Origin: Marsupella aquatica
Lineage: Eukaryota > Plantae > Marchantiophyta
Assembly (NCBI GenBank): GCA_973895155.1
Contig: OZ316892.1
Coordinates: forward strand, 16,482,357-16,546,356
DNA: 64,000 bases
Direction: 5' to 3'
The translations under genes and the position numbers were made by a program. Shown piece by piece: positions 12,421 through 22,483 of the stretch; position 1 is the first letter of the stretch, and each line of letters begins with the position of its first letter. The notes below the pieces were generated by a model that saw only the letters and a program-made list of their open reading frames with translations, searched no databases and was not told the DNA's origin.

Positions 12421-14288
12421 ATGGAGAGGAAGGAACCAATGTCGTTGGACGAGATGCTTGCCTTCTTCAGTCCTTCCCGAGTTTGACCGGTGGAGAGCCA
12501 CTTTAGCTCCTTAAAATCAGTTCGTGTCAACACTGAGACCGAGACATCAACTTTTCGGAACCGTAATTCTCTTCCTTACGATGAGGCAATTAGTACTGGG
12601 GAGAGAAATATTCCATGGACTGACGACCGACAGACTCCACGCAAATATGCGGATCAGTTCTCGTTTCATCAAGTCATTCCTGCTGATGGTCACTAGCCCA
12701 TTGAACGTCGGGTGCAAGAGCGGTTCAGGCATGTCGACTTCCTTGATGCAAATTTTCCAGGTGTCGTATAGTGCTAAGTATCAAAAGTGACTCTTCTCAC
12801 CTAAAACCAGGGTTTTGATCCCTTTAAGAACAGATTTCAGAATGAATTGTATAACTTTTATCACTCTGAGTGATTTAGAGTCTTGAGCTCTATGTTGACT
12901 TCACTTCTCAATAAAAAAAATCGAATAAACAAACAACAAAGTAACTGAACTTCTGATTTATGAATTAGAGAAGAAATGAGTAAGGATTTAGAGACTACAA
13001 GCTGCTACTGCCACTCCTTCAGAAAGGATTTGGGCTCAGTATAGACATGAAATCTATCTCATAATTCATCCATCTCACTCTTCAAAACACAAAGGTTAAT
13101 GATAATGGAATTCTCAATCTGATGAAGCAGAAGCTTTCTGATTGCAAATGAATGATATGATTTAAAATGCCGTCAACATGGTTTGACATCAGCGATACAC
13201 AATTCAGTCAAACTCTAAACCATATTCCAGAATCAAAGCAACAGTACTAACTACTCTGAGAATCAGAATTTACTTCTCATTTATCATTAACTATTCTTGA
13301 ATTGGCTAGCGAATCCCGACTCTGCAAGCAAGCCTAGCAGTGAATTCAATACGAGTTTCAGAAATCTGCAACTGAATTCAATCACCACAGGAATCTCTTG
13401 AATTCAATCTTAACTTCAATCAATATAGCTTTACTTCCATACAAAACACTCACAGCATGCCTTGTTACAATGGAAGGAGGAGCAAACTATTCAGAAGACT
13501 CAATTCTGAATACAGTATTAACTCTATTTCTCTCTACTTCAAATGAGCATTCTACTCTGTCTTATAAGTGCTGGAATCCTAAAATGGAGGAGATAAGAAC
13601 AGTCGTGCCTTTCCAAGCTTAAAACTAAACAAGGGAGAAGCACAGCATAAGTACTTCAACAAGGGTGGTAGAATACTACTTTACTAGTAATCTACTTCAA
13701 AAACTAAGTGTTGAGCGGACGCTGCTAGAAGCGTCGGGAGAATCTGGACGCTGCTAGAAGCGTCTTAAGTAAAACCAACGGACGCTGCTCACACTGCTCA
13801 CAGCGTCAATACTAGGGTGGACGCTGCTCACAGCGTCGTGTGTTGAAGCTGACGCTTTCCACAGCGTCGGTCGAAATCCTCATAGAGTCTTGGTGGCGGT
13901 CGGGCGCTGCCAAAAGCGTCATGAGGAGGTTGGACGCTTCCGCAGCATCTTGAGTAAAAGAAACGGGCGCTGGTCACAGCGTCGGGCAAAGTACACTAGG
14001 AATCGTCAGGAAAGCCGGAGATGTCAAATATTTCTATAAGTGTCCAGAACAAGTAAATGTTGGCCGGAAGGTGTCTAAAGTGTAAGTAAATCTTGTGATA
14101 TGCTAAAAATAAACAAGTTTCCAGAAAAAAATTGCAGGGACACCCATACCACACCAGGCCCCGGTCAAGCTCATGCTGAGCATCGAGTTCCCTCTTCCAA
14201 TTATATTCGGCTCAGGGGTTTAGGATTCAAGAGAAACTACAAGCAGGCGAGGGCGGGAGTCGATGATGACTATCAATCACAAAGCTAA
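12421..14288 (+). pseudogene. Small element-borne ORF of unknown function, split by a solo LTR
   Basis: Removing 12762-14158 joins ...IPADGH*PIERRVQERFRHVDFLDANFPG to PGQAHAEHRVPSSNYIRLRGLGFKRNYKQARAGVDDDYQSQS. This is colinear with the uninterrupted paralog at 21238-21452 (minus). Confidence 0.65.
12762..14153. mobile_element. Solo LTR (1392 bp)
   Basis: TGTCGTAT...ATACCACA ends; 5-bp TSD CCAGG (12757-12761 and 14154-14158). The empty site is visible in the paralog near 21361-21375. Confidence 0.88.
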
Positions 14289-16024
14289 AGGTGTTCCAAT
14301 CGCAGGCGCTTAGGTAATTTTGGAGTGAATCCCTATGGCGATTAGGTTTCTAGGCAGCGAGATTTAAGCTAGCACCGAGCGCTACTAAAGCTTGATGCTT
14401 TCTATCTCCTTTTTTCAGTACTGAATGTTTTGTTAGGATTTGGTAATCTGGGTAATATGTTTTTGCCCATTTTGATACTTAGGAAATGCTTTTTGGATCG
14501 ACCCATTTTCCTCTCCATGGCCTTACACATGGAAGGGCGGGATTTGTAGTTTTAAGCTAGCGTCGGGCGCTACTTATACTCATTGCTTTCCGTCGCCCAT
14601 GTAATCTTGGTGATATGTTTTCGCCCATTTTTTAAGTAAATGAATTTTGGATCAGGTCAATCTCCAATGTCTGGTTTTCCTCTCGATGGCGTTAGACATG
14701 GATTTCGGGATTTTGAGGTTTAAGCTAGCAACGAGATCCGGATATTGTTGTTGTATGACCCTGCCTCTGTTGATTTGAATTGCCTCATTTTCAGCCGCTC
14801 ATTGTCTTCTCGATTGAGGTTACGTAGATTTTTGTTGACTTTTTCCGTCTTCTATGAAACCCTACAACCTTTCCATTCGCTTCATTGATACCAGGTGGGT
14901 GCTGGTAATCATCGCAAATTTGGGTCGGTCTACCCGATGGGATATTTACTCTAGAATGAGACGGTTTTAATGAAAATGACTCAAATGGGCTTTAATTTTG
15001 ATTGTTTGTAATCCTTTTTTTGGTCCGATGTTTTCGGTTTTTACCTCCAATTCTCCTGGTAACAGTAACTGTTTCCCGTTACTATTTCTTGGTTCCTCTC
15101 TTTTGTAAATACCCCCACACATCTAGTGCACTCACAAAGTCTTTGGGGTGGACCACGAGGACCGATAACCTTGGGCTGAGGAGGAGGGGGTATATCGTCA
15201 TCGGAGGAGTACTCACTACTGGATAGTTCAAAGGAAGAGGACATATCCACTGCCACATTACATTGCATGTAGGGCATGATTAGGAAAAATTAGGCCATAA
15301 ACCAATTTTCCAAAAAATGAACTCAAAAAACAATTAGGTAGGTTTATACATGGGTTTTATTACCCTTTTATATTTGTTAGCATGAAACCCAAATTAAGGT
15401 GACTGTCATGCAAGAAAAAACCACATTATAACCTTTAGGAAAATTGTAATACCCTATGTCCTAAGTGAGGTTAGACAATTACCTGAATGAGACTCGGGCT
15501 CAACAGTGCCTATAGGTCACGTGGCTTTTGGAACATTCGCCACATCTAGAATAGTCCGAGGAAAATACTGGAAACAAAATGTACATTTGGATAGTAATTA
15601 GGAGCCATCAAGTTGTGGAATCTTAGACATTTACCCATATATATTATGGCACAACAAAGAAGGGCAAGCATAAAAAATCTGTACTAACACTAGTAGAAAC
15701 CGGGGCAATTTAGACCAAACCTTATAGGACTAAGGCCACTAAGTCCTTTTTTGCAACTTCAAATGACTCGAAACCATTGCACCGGTTCACATGAACACTA
15801 CAAAAGACTGTGAGTGCTTTTTGGTTTAGGATAAGACTATCAAAAGTTTCCATGTACCCTAGTTTGTGAAAGGGTGAACACTCTCGCACATGATGGTTGT
15901 AGGGTTTAGTTGTCAGCTTTAATTTGATAATGGGCATATGAGGGGTTTACGTCCCGCTATATTGAACACGTACAAACTCAGTAAATATCTAAATGCCCTA
16001 ATGTCTCATAATTATACTCCATAG

Positions 16025-16275
16025 TGGGTTTAGGGGGGTTTACGTCTCAAGGGTGGGCCGGTTATATGTGAAGGGTGTGGGGGGTCACCACTAAAGGGGG
16101 TTTAGGGGGGTTTATATGTCAAGGGTGGGCCAGTTAGGTCTCAAGGGGGTGGGGGTCAGTAAAAGGGATTTATATCTCAAGGGTGTGCCGGTTATATGTC
16201 AAGGGTGTGGGGGGTCACTAAATGGGGTTTAGGGGGGTTTATATGTCAAGGGTGGGGGGGTTACATCTTCATGGG
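16025..16275. repeat. G-rich tandem/satellite-like repeat
   Basis: Recurring GGGGTTTAGGGGGG and TTTATATGTCAAGGGTG(G/T)G units. Confidence 0.75.
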
Positions 16276-17501
16276 GTGAGGGGCTTATGCTTCAGATTTA
16301 GAGTCGTTGTGGTCAACTTCACACCCAACGGTAAGGGCCTTCTTACCCTAATCAAGTTTAAGGGCGTGGGTTAACGCTTAACTTGTGGGCACAGGAGAAT
16401 CTCATTGATTACTTGGTGGCCTAAGCAAGGGGGTGGGGTCTTGGGTCGGGCGTTCGGGGTTTTCCAAAGGGTGTTGGGCTTCACCAACATCCCGTTCTAT
16501 TCAAGTTTTCCAAGCCAAGAACCGGGGTGCACGCATACCCAAGATTTTTGGGCTAGCATGATTTTCAATTCACAGCTGGCTCTACTTCACCAGCATCCCG
16601 CTTTATTGAAGTTTTCCAAGCCAAGAGAAATCAGTAACATACCCAAGATGGCCATGCAGTAACACTTTGTAGTGGTGTCTCACTGTGGGTGACACTCAAC
16701 GCCTCACTCAAATGGTAAGGCTGAGTGGCTCCCCTTAATGACTTAAGTCCCCTAATTTGGTAAAGAGGCACTAAACTTCACTTTGGGAGTGACTTTGGAG
16801 TGTTCGGGCCATTGTCATTGGACTTAGAACGTGAGGGGTCCAAGGTTGGGGGCTTTACATAGGGTTTTCCTTTTTCGTGTTGCCCACTTTTGTGACGATT
16901 GCAGACTTCCCTTCCCGTGTGTAATATGCTGGTAGGGCAAAGAAGGTTGTGGCTGCGAAAGGGCAATGTGCAGCGCAATGGCAACATTGTTGAGGGCACT
17001 CCTGAGTGCTTAGGTTTTCAGTGAGTTGCAGTCCAGGAGGAGCTGTGATCTGGGGACTGAGGCGTTGAGGGTTTAGCTGAGGGGAGGAGCTATGATCTAG
17101 GAAGGTGTTGCGGTGCTGAGGTCTATTGTAAGCTGAGGGGAGGAGCTTTGTGCCATTGCGGTTGCGGAGGTTGCTTTGCGCGATTGCTTTTTCACCAACC
17201 AAAGCTTGTGTGGTCGGACAGTGGTGGGAGTTTGGTGGGAGGAGAGCTAAGGTTCCAAGTTTAGGTGTTCACGTGAGGGAGACCTTGAGGTTGGAGGTGG
17301 TCTGCGATTGACAAGAAGGTTGACATTCCCTCCCGCTGCGGATTGGTTCTTCATTCAGATGATTCCTATTGCTGCCTCCCACCGCCATTGCCGATTGCCG
17401 CTATCATTGTTGATTGCTTGCTTGCTTGCGACTGCCTTTGATAGTTGCCACTGCCTTTGCTTGTCACTGCCTTTTGTATTGTCACATCGGAGTGGGGATT
17501 T

Positions 17502-18669
17502 TGGTAATGGTAATGGTAATGTATTATAAGCTCCGGGACCATGAAAGTCAAAGGAGCTGCCACAAAAAGTAAAGTACAATGCAATCAAAGAAAAGAGCAA
17601 CCAAAAGAGATTGCTCAGAAGAGGACAACTATGTCCTCAAAGAAACTATGGACCTAGAGATCCTTGAAAGATTTTCCAAACCTATTCTCCTTTCCCTATC
17701 CACCGCAAAGATATATCTTCCAAGTTGCTGAGGGGGCAGACCAAACAATGCATACAAATCTTTCACCAAGATTTGAGATGCCATCCTAACCCCCTCATAA
17801 AACTTGCAAGCAATGAATACATGATATTCATTCTCTATACTAGAGCTATCACATAGTTGACAAACCCTCTTTTTCCTGTCAATATCCTTCCATCTCCCTT
17901 GTTCTACTTCAAGGTGGTGTGAGCTTAGTCTATACTGAGCAATAAGTTGTCTAAGTTGTACTGAGATAGTGCTAGATAAGTATTCTTGTTCTCGATATTT
18001 CTTCATGGGGTTCACATCTCTCATGTAGTATTGCTGCCGTGGGCTAGGTTCATGCCAAAGTTTGTGCAAAGCTTTTTGCTCAAGTTTTGCTCTTAGCTTG
18101 GTTGGGTGTGTTGGCCATTCATGTTCAGGAAAATCCCAAGCATGGGCCCACTTGCACACATCTGCATACCACCCTTTAGCTGAAGATGAGCGCAAGGCAT
18201 GAAAAGGAAATCTGTTTTCTTCCAACTCTCTTACACGCATGATGTATTTGAGTGTGTGGAAGAGTGCCTCCACCTCCAAAGGAAACAAGCCTGCCTCTGC
18301 AAGTGTAAGTGTATATGGGGTTTGTGACTTGATCCCAAGCTCCATCTCAAGAAATAGCTTTTGCAGCCCCTCAATCTGTTGCCACCCAGATTTAGACACA
18401 CCTGCTCCCCAAATTGGTGCTCCATAAAGAATGACTGGTTTCACCAAAGCTCCAAAGAGATGTTTCCTTAACCTCCAAGTGTGTAGACCAGCTCTTTTGC
18501 ATTTGTTCATGAATGCATAAAAAGCTCTGTACCCATTGGCAGCCCTAGATTTTACACATGAGGCCCAACTCAAGTTTTGAGAGAACTCCACCCCAAGGTA
18601 TTTGTAGGTCCTCACAAATTCCACCAGATTCCCTTGGAAGTAGAGCTCTGGATTTTGTCGTGATTTTCT
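17502..18669 (-). mobile_element. 5'-truncated non-LTR retrotransposon (RTE-X-like, inferred)
   Basis: 9-bp TSD TGGGGATTT (17493-17501 and 18670-18678). The 3' tail is (CATTAC)3 on the minus strand. It contains ORF 17629-18624. Confidence 0.88.
17629..18624 (-). CDS. C-terminal part of LINE ORF2 (RT thumb plus CCHC finger), truncated
   Basis: YKYLGVEF, LVKPVILYGAPIWG, YRLSSHHLEVEQGRW, CQLC...ENEYHVFIAC. 331 codons with no stop. Confidence 0.88.
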   Translation of the reverse strand: MEFVRTYKYLGVEFSQNLSWASCVKSRAANGYRAFYAFMNKCKRAGLHTWRLRKHLFGALVKPVILYGAPIWGAGVSKSGWQQIEGLQKLFLEMELGIKSQTPYTLTLAEAGLFPLEVEALFHTLKYIMRVRELEENRFPFHALRSSSAKGWYADVCKWAHAWDFPEHEWPTHPTKLRAKLEQKALHKLWHEPSPRQQYYMRDVNPMKKYREQEYLSSTISVQLRQLIAQYRLSSHHLEVEQGRWKDIDRKKRVCQLCDSSSIENEYHVFIACKFYEGVRMASQILVKDLYALFGLPPQQLGRYIFAVDRERRIGLENLSRISRSIVSLRT

Positions 18670-20257
18670 TGGGGATTTCTGCTAAATTGCTCTGGCTTTC
18701 TTCTCAGAGGTAAGCTACTCCGGACTATCACTTAGCGAGTTGGTCGCGCTACTGGAAGTACTACCACTTTTACTATACCGCCAACCTCAGTGCTTTTTAT
18801 AGAATGCTTTGTTGTTCTTCTACTCGGCATGGCATCATCCTGATTGCCCGTCGCGTTGTGACCAGCAATGGAAAGCGTAGACTATCTCCCTTTGCTAGTC
18901 AAAAGGCTGCGAGGTCTGATTTATGTCTTGCTGGAGTTTTGTTCCTCTCTGTGCTTTGTTGTGTCAGCTTTGTTTGTTGTGATCTGTCTTACCCTATTGA
19001 GTACTAGTGAAGCACTCTGTGATCCGACTTCATTCCCTACAAATAAATGGACACGACACTGTCTTGCTGGAGTTTTGGTGGTCTAGCTCCGTGCTTTGTT
19101 TGCTGTGATCGGTCTTACCCTATTGACTACTAGTTTTGCACCCTGTGATTTTCTCTGTCTCTATCCTCTGCATTCAGCTTGCCGGTGGGTTTTGTTATGA
19201 TTTGATTGGGTGATTGTTTTGGAGTTGTAGCCGTGGTCAAACGCACATCTATTAAAAACAAGTTCATGGAGCTCAGGTTGCTGCTGTATATAAAGTGCAA
19301 CAGGATCTAGATCTGCTTGCAGTCCCAACAAATCATACATGCTACAATCACAGGATAGGACTTTAATAAGTCTTCATAGTTTCTCATTTTTGTAGAATCT
19401 AAGATGTTGCTGGCCCAGGAGATGAGTTTCCTTAAGAGTCAAGGACATTAGCAATGTGGGCCATGTAATACAGTTGAGAATGATGGCAAGTATAATTTGT
19501 TAATGGGTCCAATGCCATGTTTGTGAGCTATTGAGTTGGATAGGAGAAAATTACCAAAACATTGTCACAACTGCTTCCAGAACAATCATTCGTGGTTAGA
19601 CTAAGCTTGGCTGAACACCCCTTGCTTGCATGGGGCGGACACAATGCAAAATAGGTTGTCATGGAGTTGTCGAATGGATCTTCAATTTTCATGAGAAATG
19701 TCTTGGGTTTCCGTCCTATGTGTAGATTTCAGAATTAGAACGAAACTACTATTAAGAATACTGTACTTAGCGATTCTTCTTTTCCTGTGAAGACATTGCC
19801 GCAAATGTTTCCTTGAGTTCCTGTCATACCAGTGTTTCCCATGCCATTTTCAGCAACTACTGACGGAGTTGGCATCGTAAGTTTAAATGTATAGCTCTCA
19901 TTACTTCAATCCAAAATTCTATGTAAAAAGACATGCTAGCCTTTGTGCTTAATTGCTATGTAGCATCTGACTGCTTAAGTTGCACTACTTAAATACGTCA
20001 GACGGGGAGACAAGAGGGAGCGAGTTGTTGATTTGCGCCTTACATGACACCGCCCAACATTCACCTGCTACAAGGACTCATCTTGGTGCGCTTTGAGAAT
20101 CTCCGTGTTGCAAGGTGAGAGTTGTCGTGAGGTGATCATCTCCAGCGTAGTATGGGCTTGGGATTTATATATATGATTCCTGCTTCCAGCAGATAGGCAA
20201 TTTCTTCCAAGCTCTTTGGTGCAGACGTCTTTGTGGAATGCAATGCCCTGTATGCCA

Positions 20258-21452
20258 GGGGGTATTTACAAATGACAGGAACCAGGAAACAGTAACAGCA
20301 AATAGTTACTGTTACCAGGAGAAATGGAAAAAACAACATGTGATTGAGCTCCATTATTTGATCAAGAAGTTAAAAAAAACACCATCAATAAACCCCATTT
20401 TCAGTCGTTTTCAATACCACCATCCAATTGTGAAGGAAAGTAGGGGCCATTAGAACAAAGGTGTTGCCAAAAACCAAAGATTACCAGCGCCCAATGCTAG
20501 TATGCCGGCACGGAAGGGACAGAATTTAGGTATTCCTAAAATAATGAAAAAGATGGAGATTCTACATAACATCAATCAAGAAGAGAACAAGAAACTTAAC
20601 GGCCATTAGAAAAAGGCGTTGCCAAAATTTGTGAATATTAGCAACGCCCAGCGCTAGTATGCTAGCTCAAATCTAGGAACACAATGAACATAAGCAGCGC
20701 TTGGCGCTAGCTCAAATCTAGGAATCAATGAATAACCATGAAAGAACAAGAGAGCCGATCCAAAACTGCATTCCTTACTTCCAAAATTGGTCAAAACATA
20801 TAACAGGTATTACACCATCCGCAGATCATCTTCAAATCAACCCACGGCATAACATGAACATAAGCACCGCTTGGCGCTAGCTTAAATCTAGCTCTCTAAA
20901 ATGTGAATCGTCACCAACACACTAAAACTGGACCTTCTGTCACTGAAAGCACCCCTGGCCCGAGCACTAGAATCCTTGCAATTTCCAGTAGTCGTCAAAG
21001 CCCGCCGAAGCCTGCCCTGGCCCGTAGGTGCTTTTTCTTGACCTGAGCCGCACATAACAGGGCTGCTGATCCAAAATGGGCCTAAAGATGTACCCGGAAA
21101 TACATGAACTTCAAATCAACCACAGAAGAAATCCCACGGTCCAAGACAAACAAAAGCAGCGCTTGGCGCTAGCTTAAATGGCAAGCCTATGGCCACTGAA
21201 GCTTATCTCACTCAAACCACCTCCGTCGTGAACAACTTTAGCTCTGCGATTGGCAATTGTCGTCGATGCTCGCCCTGGCCCGTCTGTGGTTTTGCTTGAA
21301 ACCTACACCCCTGAGCCGCACATAAGAAGATGAGGGGCGCCAAAACTCCGCATTCTGATTCCCGGGGTCTGGAACATTTGTATCGAGGAAGTCAACACGT
21401 CCCAATCGCTCTTGTACTCGTCGCTCAATAGGCTGAATACCATCAGTAGGAA
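20258..21452 (-). mobile_element. Terminal fragment of the Mutator-like element, copy 2 (inverted)
   Basis: Begins GGGGGTATTTACAAA, the reverse complement of the 15116 end. Palindromes at ~20485, 20641, 20695, 20864 and 21158. ORF paralog at 21238-21452. Confidence 0.75.
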
Positions 21453-22483
21453 TGTGGTGCGTCCCATGGCTCCCTGAACCCAAGAAACCCCCTTGCACAA
21501 GCCGATTCCAGCAGGTTTCGTTCTTGGCGAGGCCGGTTTTGCAGCTTAGCGGCATGGGACGCTGCTAACTTTGACTAACATTTTACACACATATACTGGA
21601 CAGATCCTTCATCGGGTCATGAGATGTGAAGCCGACCTCTTCTATGCCTTCCATTGTCCTCCCCTCCTGGTCTCCCTTTAGGTATGTTTGGATTCCGCCG
21701 CCGGAATGATCCCCAACTGGCTTGGGTAAGCCGCTAAGACCTCTCTTAGCTCAACACATCCAACTCTTACTACCTTGCTTACTCCCTTTTTGGTTGATGT
21801 GGGCAATCTTCAAACAAGTTAATGCGACACACAAATAGCAAAATGACTCCTTCTGACTGAGTTATACCATGCACTTGCCATACAAACAATACTTCTCATA
21901 CACAAGATCTGCGAACTAAGTCGTGAGGCCAACTCTATTCATCTCTTAAGTATGAGGAAACATGAATATACACACGGGTCACAGCATAACTAACCGAGAG
22001 CTTCTTTAACTACTTGATCCTAGCCCGGCTGGTGCACTAAAAAATTGCTAAGGAAGAAGGCCCTGAACCCCCCCGCTGCCCAGGTACTTATCCTGGCAGT
22101 GGATCCACCCAATTTCTTGCAGCGTAAGCCAAATCTAACCTGACCGTAATCTACCTATGTACAGTGAGGCAGGAGCACAAGTGTTGCTCTTACCAGTGGA
22201 TCCGCAATCCCACTAAGCTAAGTGTCAGGGCCGCCTCCTGGTCCTGATCCTAATTCTAAACTTGGAGATCTGAGCCCGCCCTGCCCACTCACGCCTCCTC
22301 CCTCCATGTCCGCCCTCCTTAAAAGGAGCGGCCCTCCACCACCGTCATGGTAGTGGTGGTTGATCCTCAATGGACGCCCCCAACACTTCCTCCGCAGCCA
22401 CTGTCGTAGGTCCGTCCTCTGACAGATTACCTACTCCGGACCGAGTCAACTCTCCATCGGCCTGACTAGGTCCACCCTCGGCT
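21453..22483. mobile_element. Left fragment of LTR family A
   Basis: Starts TGTGGTGCGTCCCATGGCTCCC and is colinear with 59869-~60905. It is truncated at a junction with copia gag. Confidence 0.88.

Larger units (their letters stand above)
1..15116 (+). mobile_element. Large Mutator-like DNA element, copy 1 (left end outside the window), with nested copia and solo-LTR insertions
   Basis: Homology to the inverted copy at 20258-21452 stops abruptly at ...GTAAATACCCCC (15116), which defines a terminus. The two copies share a small ORF and the same dispersed palindrome. The superfamily is inferred from the G-rich terminus and the SWIM transposase at 44571-46632. Confidence 0.6.

Noticed and set aside
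13718-13983. CRISPR-like array of palindromic repeats with spacers
   Set aside because: The repeats are only 18 bp with variable cores, spacers are irregular, there are no cas genes, and the context is a eukaryotic solo LTR.
15796-16674. Small CACTA element (CACTACAAA...TTTGTAGTG)
   Set aside because: There is a 9-bp inverted match but the flanks GAA and GTG are not a TSD.
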